From positions 2,810,009-2,874,008 of the forward strand of contig OY776215.1 of assembly GCA_963675495.1 (NCBI GenBank): DNA of 64,000 nt, given 5' to 3'. Position 1 is the first letter of the stretch. Every line of letters begins with the position of its first letter. This document shows, in pieces, positions 58,228 through 64,000 of the stretch. The DNA comes from an uncultured Methanolobus sp. Its GTDB lineage: Archaea > Halobacteriota > Methanosarcinia > Methanosarcinales > Methanosarcinaceae. A program made the position numbers and the translations under genes. A model generated the notes under the pieces. It worked only from the letters and a program-made list of their open reading frames with translations. It was not told where the DNA came from and ran no database searches.

Positions 58228-58404
58228 TCATTCTAATGTAATTGCTTCCACCGGGCAAATATCCACACAGTCTCCACAGTCTACGCATTCGTCCGCATTT
58301 ACAACTGCAACATTTTTATCGCTCATTGCAATCGCTTCTACCGGGCAGGAATTTACACATAGTTCGCAACCTGTACATACATCTTTATCAACAACAGCTG
58401 GCAT
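58228..58404 (-). CDS. 2x[4Fe-4S] ferredoxin, 58 aa (not in ORF track)
   Basis: MPAVVDKDVCTGCELCVNSCPVEAIAMSDKNVAVVNADECVDCGDCVDICPVEAITLE*. Confidence 0.95.
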   Translation of the reverse strand: MPAVVDKDVCTGCELCVNSCPVEAIAMSDKNVAVVNADECVDCGDCVDICPVEAITLE

Positions 58405-58577
58405 TTTGATTTCACTTCCTTATTATTTAACTTTAAGATAGTATGATTTCAGTCAGGGATTATGGGATAAAAACCTATCGTATCTTTATGAATGGTCGAT
58501 CGGCAAATCCGATAAAACTCCTCAAACATTTCAGAAAGATTTAATAGAATGTAAACTGTATCACTAAAAAGAAAAAC

Positions 58578-59465
58578 ATGCCCGAAAAAAAGCGTATTCC
58601 TGCGGACATAATACTTGTAATAGCTCTTGTGTTACTCACCGATCTATTTGTGTTGGTTCCTTTTCTAAGTGAGAGTCCCATACGTACAGTACTGGGCTTG
58701 CCCATGGTTCTATTCCTTCCTGGTTATGCATTGATAGCGGCTCTTTTTCCTGGAAAGGATGATCTTGATGGTATAGAGCGTATTGCTCTGAGTTTTGGGC
58801 TTAGCATAGCTGTGGTTCCTTTGATAGGGCTTGCTTTGAACTATACTCCATGGGGTATCAGGCTTGTACCCATACTTGTATTCCTTACAAATTTCACTGT
58901 TATAATGGCTATAGTGGCTATCTACAGGAGGGACTCATTGGGGGAGGCTGCCTTCTCTGTTCCCTTCCGGGAAATGTACGAATCTGCTAAGGCTGAAATT
59001 ACTACAAAACCGGAGTCAAGACTTGATCGAATTCTCACGATAATTTTGGTACTTTCCATATTGGCATCGGTGATGACACTGGCATATGTGGTCGTAACTC
59101 CCAAACAGGGAGAGAAATTCACTGAGTTCTATATACTTGGTCCAGAAAGAATGGCAGACAATTACACGACACAGTTGGCAGTAGGTGAGACTGTCGAGGT
59201 CATTGTAGGTATTGTGAACCATGAATATTCTGTTGTAAATTATTCAATTGTGCTCAGGTTGGATGATGAGGTCATGGAAGGCCCACAGAGCTTGCAGCAT
59301 ATAGCTCTGGCTCATAATGTTACATGGGAAAAACCTGTGTCTTTTGTGCCGGCGGTTACTGGTGATGATATGAAGTTGCAATATCTGCTCTACAGAGACG
59401 ATAATATGACGGAACCATACAGGGATTTACATTTGTGGATAAATGTGACGGAGCCTCAGGAATGA
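58578..59465 (+). CDS. DUF1616 membrane protein
   Basis: LFLPGYALIAALFP, ERIALSFGLSIA, GEKFTEFYILG, PYRDLHLWINV. Confidence 0.9.
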   Translation: MPEKKRIPADIILVIALVLLTDLFVLVPFLSESPIRTVLGLPMVLFLPGYALIAALFPGKDDLDGIERIALSFGLSIAVVPLIGLALNYTPWGIRLVPILVFLTNFTVIMAIVAIYRRDSLGEAAFSVPFREMYESAKAEITTKPESRLDRILTIILVLSILASVMTLAYVVVTPKQGEKFTEFYILGPERMADNYTTQLAVGETVEVIVGIVNHEYSVVNYSIVLRLDDEVMEGPQSLQHIALAHNVTWEKPVSFVPAVTGDDMKLQYLLYRDDNMTEPYRDLHLWINVTEPQE

Positions 59466-60301
59466 GTGATGAACAACAGGCTGATGTCCCACCATCGTTA
59501 GACAAAGTCAATTCATCTGTAATTCCCGGGCTGAGTGACGATTACATAATTCATATTTCAATGCTGATGGTGGTTCTCGCGGAATTTCTGCTATATGCTG
59601 GTAACTTTCGTTTTGGCATCATCCTTCATGTGATCACTCTTATTGCATTATCGGTTTCGTCAATTTGGATAGAAGGAACTCATGTGGCAAGAACACTTCA
59701 GGTTCTTTCTTTTCTTCCATTACTTAGGCTTTTGAACTTGTCAATGCCGATATTCTCAGAGATGACTCTCCATATGTATATATTTATATACTTCCCCTTA
59801 TTGGTGCCCGCATATTTTGTTATACGTCATCAGCATATATCATATGAAACAATGGGTTTTTCTTTTAAGGGGTTTTTAAAGTATCTTCCTCTTGCATTGA
59901 TAGTTGGATTTGTGATCGCACAGGGTGAATATTTCACTATCAATGCGAACAATCTGATTCCTGATCTGTCATTTGTAAGTATTTTGGAGCTATCTATTAT
60001 TATGATATTCTATGTAGGTCTTGTTGAAGAACTTATTTTCAGGTCCTTGCTCCAGACCAGGCTTTCTGATTCATTTGGTCCTCTTAAGGGATTAATACTT
60101 GCAAGCCTGCTCTTTGGCGTTATGCACTCAGGATATGGAACTATCTATGAGGTCATTTTTACCTTCTTTGCAGGTCTTGTGATCGGGTACATGTTCCAGA
60201 GAACGAACAGCTTTCCACTTATCGTTCTGACGCATGGTTTTGTAAACATATTCCTTTTTGGAATTATCCCTCTGCGTCCTGAATTACTCTTGAATATCTA
60301 G
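59462..60301 (+). CDS. CPBP (CAAX/Abi) family intramembrane glutamic protease
   Basis: VEELIFR, LFGVMH, THGFVN. ATG overlaps the DUF1616 stop. Confidence 0.9.
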   Translation: MSDEQQADVPPSLDKVNSSVIPGLSDDYIIHISMLMVVLAEFLLYAGNFRFGIILHVITLIALSVSSIWIEGTHVARTLQVLSFLPLLRLLNLSMPIFSEMTLHMYIFIYFPLLVPAYFVIRHQHISYETMGFSFKGFLKYLPLALIVGFVIAQGEYFTINANNLIPDLSFVSILELSIIMIFYVGLVEELIFRSLLQTRLSDSFGPLKGLILASLLFGVMHSGYGTIYEVIFTFFAGLVIGYMFQRTNSFPLIVLTHGFVNIFLFGIIPLRPELLLNI

Positions 60302-60457
60302 GCTATGGATCATCCTGCTAATATTCAGATATCTATAATATTTCAAAAATCCATGAAAATCATTAAATAAATGCCTGACTTTATAGTTACTCTAGTAACT
60401 ACAAATACAACTAAATTGAATCCTTTAAAAGGGATTGGTTGTGGAGATGTGTCCTTA

Positions 60458-61414
60458 ATGATTCAAAAGATATTTTTGGTATTACTTTGCACGATGATGG
60501 TGATTTTTATAACCATGTCTTCAGCTGCCTTTGCAGAGGTGACTGATGTTTCCATATCTCCGGAAAATCCATCACCAGGGGATACTGTGACTGTAACGGG
60601 CAAAGCATCTCCTAATGAAGAGATATCTGCTACTGTTTCATTTGGCAACATACAGACGGTTTCAGGTGGCGCCTATGAGTATCACATAGGAAAAGTGACA
60701 ATCCCTGATGGTTCTGATTCTTTTAGTCTCAGGGCAGAAGGCGTGGATAATCTTGATATCTCCATAAAACTTCTGGGTATACCAATAAGCGTTCCTGATA
60801 ATTATATTCAGATAAGTAATGGTGTTGCCACATTTGGTACTGGCAAAATAACAAGTGGCACTTATGATATTACATTAAGTGGTAATGCACCTGGTGAGCA
60901 AGTTTCATTTTCGTTTGGTGCAAAAGCAACCATCACCGCAGATTCTGAAGGAAATTTTGAATATACATACACAACTGATAATATGCCAGAAGGTGACTTT
61001 AGCCTCAACATAGGGGGGCAGAATTTGCAGATGTCCCTTGGAACTACTGATGCTAATGATGGCAGTGGGGATAGTGTGGATACATCTGAAGATGATTCTT
61101 CTTCTTCTTCTTCCTCTGGTAAAAAGAGTAGTAGTAGCCACACAGGTACTGAATTGAAAATCGTTCCTGCAGATACTCTTGGTAAAGATGAGTCCGATGG
61201 TGTTGATGAAGATGTTGAAACAGAGGCTTCAACAATAGATGATGCTTCTGAAAGCACAGGTGAATCTGATAGCTATGTAGAGGGTTATGAGTTGACTGAT
61301 CAGTCTTCAGGAATAAAAGATAAATTACCTGATATTGGTACAATTGGTGTAGTTCTTGGAGTTTTCAGTTTGGGTGCTATAATAATTGGATACAGGAAAA
61401 ACAGGTACAAATAA
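60458..61414 (+). CDS. Cell-surface Ig-like protein with Ser/Asp linker and C-terminal TM anchor
   Basis: Signal peptide, SISPENPSPGDTVTVTG, poly-Ser, KLPDIG-TM-RKNRYK. Confidence 0.8.
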   Translation: MIQKIFLVLLCTMMVIFITMSSAAFAEVTDVSISPENPSPGDTVTVTGKASPNEEISATVSFGNIQTVSGGAYEYHIGKVTIPDGSDSFSLRAEGVDNLDISIKLLGIPISVPDNYIQISNGVATFGTGKITSGTYDITLSGNAPGEQVSFSFGAKATITADSEGNFEYTYTTDNMPEGDFSLNIGGQNLQMSLGTTDANDGSGDSVDTSEDDSSSSSSSGKKSSSSHTGTELKIVPADTLGKDESDGVDEDVETEASTIDDASESTGESDSYVEGYELTDQSSGIKDKLPDIGTIGVVLGVFSLGAIIIGYRKNRYK

Positions 61415-61675
61415 ACACTACTTTAAGGTATGATCTAGATTAATGGATAATCTAGATTGTCTATCGTTTAACACTGTGCTTATCAAAAAAAAGTACAAGT
61501 GGAAATGAAAAAGGCTTATTGTTTCATTTCTATACTGATTTTCATTTTTATTTCTTTGTCGTGAATAGCGCCATTAGTGTCGTACCTATTAAAAACAAGT
61601 CTACACTCTTTGTCTAATCACTAACAGTTCCATCTGTAGTTATTATGTGTATGTGGGTAAAAAAGAAAAACGATA

Positions 61676-61942
61676 TCAGATTATCTCTGATATCTTAAAG
61701 ATCACAGTCGCTGCAAACGATACCAACAATGGAAAGATTGTCATATTTAATGAACAATCCAGAGATTTATTCCACTTTTCAGAAGCAGATAGAATCTCTT
61801 TTGCCGAAAGCAACAAGATTAATGCAATGGCCGCCAGTACACCATATTCTGGCAGTCCTGTAGGTGTCGTCATTGACATCATCCCTGCTGCAGTTGAAGA
61901 TATCGTACTGGTTGTTGTTGTTATTATCGTGCTTGTAAGCAT
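61676..61942 (-). CDS. Small Thr/Ser-rich two-TM protein
   Basis: MLTSTIITTTTSTISSTAA...LLLSAKEIL...PLL.SF. GGAGA RBS before ATG 61942. Confidence 0.7.
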   Translation of the reverse strand: MLTSTIITTTTSTISSTAAGMMSMTTPTGLPEYGVLAAIALILLLSAKEILSASEKWNKSLDCSLNMTIFPLLVSFAATVIFKISEII

Positions 61943-62196
61943 GATCTCCACTCATATAATAGAAGTACTTGATGCTATTAAAACCTTGTTAAATAATCTC
62001 ATTAGTATTTAAAAGTAATATAAAATATATTAAATAATGGCATGATAACATATGACAACATATGAAAGTTTTGACAACATAGGGTAATATGTGGTGGTAT
62101 TTGGTAGTATATAAAGTTGATACACAAAATAATTATATTAATATTCATTATTTATAATAATGTTAAAACGAAAAGAAAAAACGAAAGCGAACATAT

Positions 62197-62519
62197 ATGG
62201 TATCAAAGGAATGCATAACGTGCATTCATGGCAGGGACTTGCTATCCACTTCAAGAACAGTTCCAAGGTACTGAAATGTGGCAGTTATGATACCTGTACA
62301 TCAGATAAGAGGTCTAAAGCCTGTTTCTATTCAATAAAAAGACCTGATGCCATCTATATGCTTCAGTCTGAGTTCAATGTTAGCATTACAATTGCTGAAA
62401 AGCACATAGATACTCTGGTTGATATGGGAGTGACCAAAGCATTGAGATGTCGACGGGCAGATTCTTCTGGATTTTTTGATGAAGGGGCTCGTATGCTGGC
62501 GTTTGAAGAAGACTTTTAA
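62197..62519 (+). CDS. Hypothetical Cys-containing protein, possibly frameshifted
   Basis: Track ORF 62160-62519. An out-of-frame ATG at 62197 gives MVSKECITCIHGR, which joins it if one G is added at 62234-62236. Confidence 0.4.
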
Positions 62520-62564
62520 ATGCCAATCAAAACTTTATTATGCGAACAGGATAATCCTGCACCC

Positions 62565-63836
62565 ATGTTTACGATCATCACAGGTGCACAGTTTGGCGAC
62601 GAAGGCAAAGGCAAAATAGTTGACCTCATGTCCGGGGAATATGATCTGGTTGTCCGTTTTCAGGGAGGCGACAATGCAGGACATACGGTCAAAGTAGGTG
62701 AAGATGTATATAAGCTTCATCTTATTCCATCAGGTTTTCTTCTTGATTCCAGGGTCTTGATAGGTCCTGGTACCGTTATGAATCCGGAAGTACTTGCAAC
62801 AGAAATGGATATGCTTGCAGAGGGTGGCATAAAGCTAGATGCAAAGAGGGTTGGTGTGGATGCAAAGACCAGTATAATAATGCCATATCATATTGAGCTT
62901 GATGGTCTGCGCGAATCTTTGAGGACCGAAAAGATAGGTACTACAAAGCGTGGTATTGGTTATGCGTATATCGATAAGGTTGCAAGGGACGAAATTCGTA
63001 TGTATGACCTTGTAAACAGGGAAAGATTCCTGAAAAGGCTTGAAGAGCTTGCTCCTTCAAAGGAAGCAGCCATAAAACAGCTTGGTGGTGACCCTTCCAT
63101 AGTGATGGATGAGGCACTTATAGATAAGTATGTGAAACTTGGTGAACGGTTTGCATCCTATGTTACTGATGTATCATATGAGGTTAATAAGAATCTTGAT
63201 GATGGGAAGAATGTTCTTGCAGAAGGTGCTCAGGGAACGCACCTTGACGTGATACACGGAACTCAGAAATTCGTAACATCATCTTGTACTATTGCAGGTT
63301 CTGCATGTTCTAATATTGGTGTTGGTCCTACTAGGGTTGATAGTGTACTGGCTATTGTGAAAGCTTACATCACCCGTGTTGGTGAAGGTCCTCTGCCAAC
63401 AGAACTTTTTGATGAAGCAGGGGAGCAGATACAACAGGTTGGCCGTGAATTCGGTACTACGACCGGCAGATCCAGACGATGTGGATGGTTCGACCTTCCG
63501 CTGCTTAAAAAGGCCATCTATCTTAATGGTTACACTTCCATTGCCCTTACAAAACTCGATGTTTTGTCCAATCTTGACCCTGTCAGGGTTTGTGTGGCCT
63601 ATGAACTGGATGGAAAAGTCCTTGACTATCCGCCAGAGGATACATCTGAGCTTGCAAGATGTACGCCTGTATATGAGGATTTACCCGGCTGGGACAGTGA
63701 CCTTACTGGTGTAAAGGAGTTTGCTGATCTGCCTCAGGCAGCAAAGGACTATGTTCTTTGCCTTGAAGCTAAGATGGGTGTGCCTGTTGAATACATTTCA
63801 GTGGGACCTGCAAGGGAACAAACGTTTAAAAAATAG
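62565..63836 (+). CDS. purA: Adenylosuccinate synthetase
   Basis: GAQFGDEGKGK, RFQGGDNAGHT, KIGTTKRGIG, EGAQG, EFGTTTGRSRRCGWFD, LTKLDVL. Confidence 0.97.
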   Translation: MFTIITGAQFGDEGKGKIVDLMSGEYDLVVRFQGGDNAGHTVKVGEDVYKLHLIPSGFLLDSRVLIGPGTVMNPEVLATEMDMLAEGGIKLDAKRVGVDAKTSIIMPYHIELDGLRESLRTEKIGTTKRGIGYAYIDKVARDEIRMYDLVNRERFLKRLEELAPSKEAAIKQLGGDPSIVMDEALIDKYVKLGERFASYVTDVSYEVNKNLDDGKNVLAEGAQGTHLDVIHGTQKFVTSSCTIAGSACSNIGVGPTRVDSVLAIVKAYITRVGEGPLPTELFDEAGEQIQQVGREFGTTTGRSRRCGWFDLPLLKKAIYLNGYTSIALTKLDVLSNLDPVRVCVAYELDGKVLDYPPEDTSELARCTPVYEDLPGWDSDLTGVKEFADLPQAAKDYVLCLEAKMGVPVEYISVGPAREQTFKK

Positions 63837-63978
63837 GGCGGATAAGCTAAATCTGCCGAAAAACGTATATAGTACTCGATAGTTTAAACATCACAATCCA
63901 GCTGAACTAATCACTAAATGCAATTGAGTCCTGCAGATGGTGAGTATCTTAACGGATATTATAATTCAGGAGAATATT

Positions 63979-64000
63979 ATGACAACTGTATATGACGTTC
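63979..64000 (+). CDS. rps19e: 30S ribosomal protein S19e, N-terminus (truncated by the window edge)
   Basis: AGGAGA RBS then MTTVYDV, the typical archaeal S19e start; only 7 codons are visible. Confidence 0.75.

Noticed and set aside
61097-61117. (TCT)n run
   Set aside because: It encodes an ordinary poly-Ser linker in a surface protein.

Overview
Archaeal chromosomal DNA, most likely from a Methanosarcinaceae methanogen and probably Methanolobus-like. This is inferred from TATA-type promoters, PGF-CTERM and PEF-CTERM proteins, aTrm56, AMP phosphorylase, rps19e and COG1361 proteins. 1-28.8 kb is mostly conserved core: metY, a PAS kinase, a MoxR-DUF58-VWA operon, pheA, AMP phosphorylase, trm56, Nif3, a KaiC-like ATPase, engB, a geranylgeranyl reductase, slyD and tRNA-Ser(TGA). 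About 28.9-58 kb is a patchy accessory region, followed by ferredoxin, DUF1616, a CPBP protease, surface proteins, purA and the start of rps19e. The most notable structure is at 37.6-50 kb. A promoter module there occurs three times, each carrying two 18-bp palindromes (TAGTHAC-N4-GTKACTA) exactly 45 bp apart around a TATA box. Each copy drives different cargo: a cobalamin/2x[4Fe-4S] reductive-dehalogenase-like enzyme plus a small membrane protein, an ABC exporter, and a tandem-OsmC lipoprotein. Two near-identical MarR genes are interleaved with these units. A second, 20-bp-periodic promoter module also occurs three times. Other leads are candidate hairpin sRNAs with ACCACC/CCTCC (anti-Shine-Dalgarno-like) loops, an anchor-less aspA/fumC-sdhAB operon, a structured leader before a 759-aa unknown protein, and several small ORFs missing from the ORF track. 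All calls were made by eye, without database searches.
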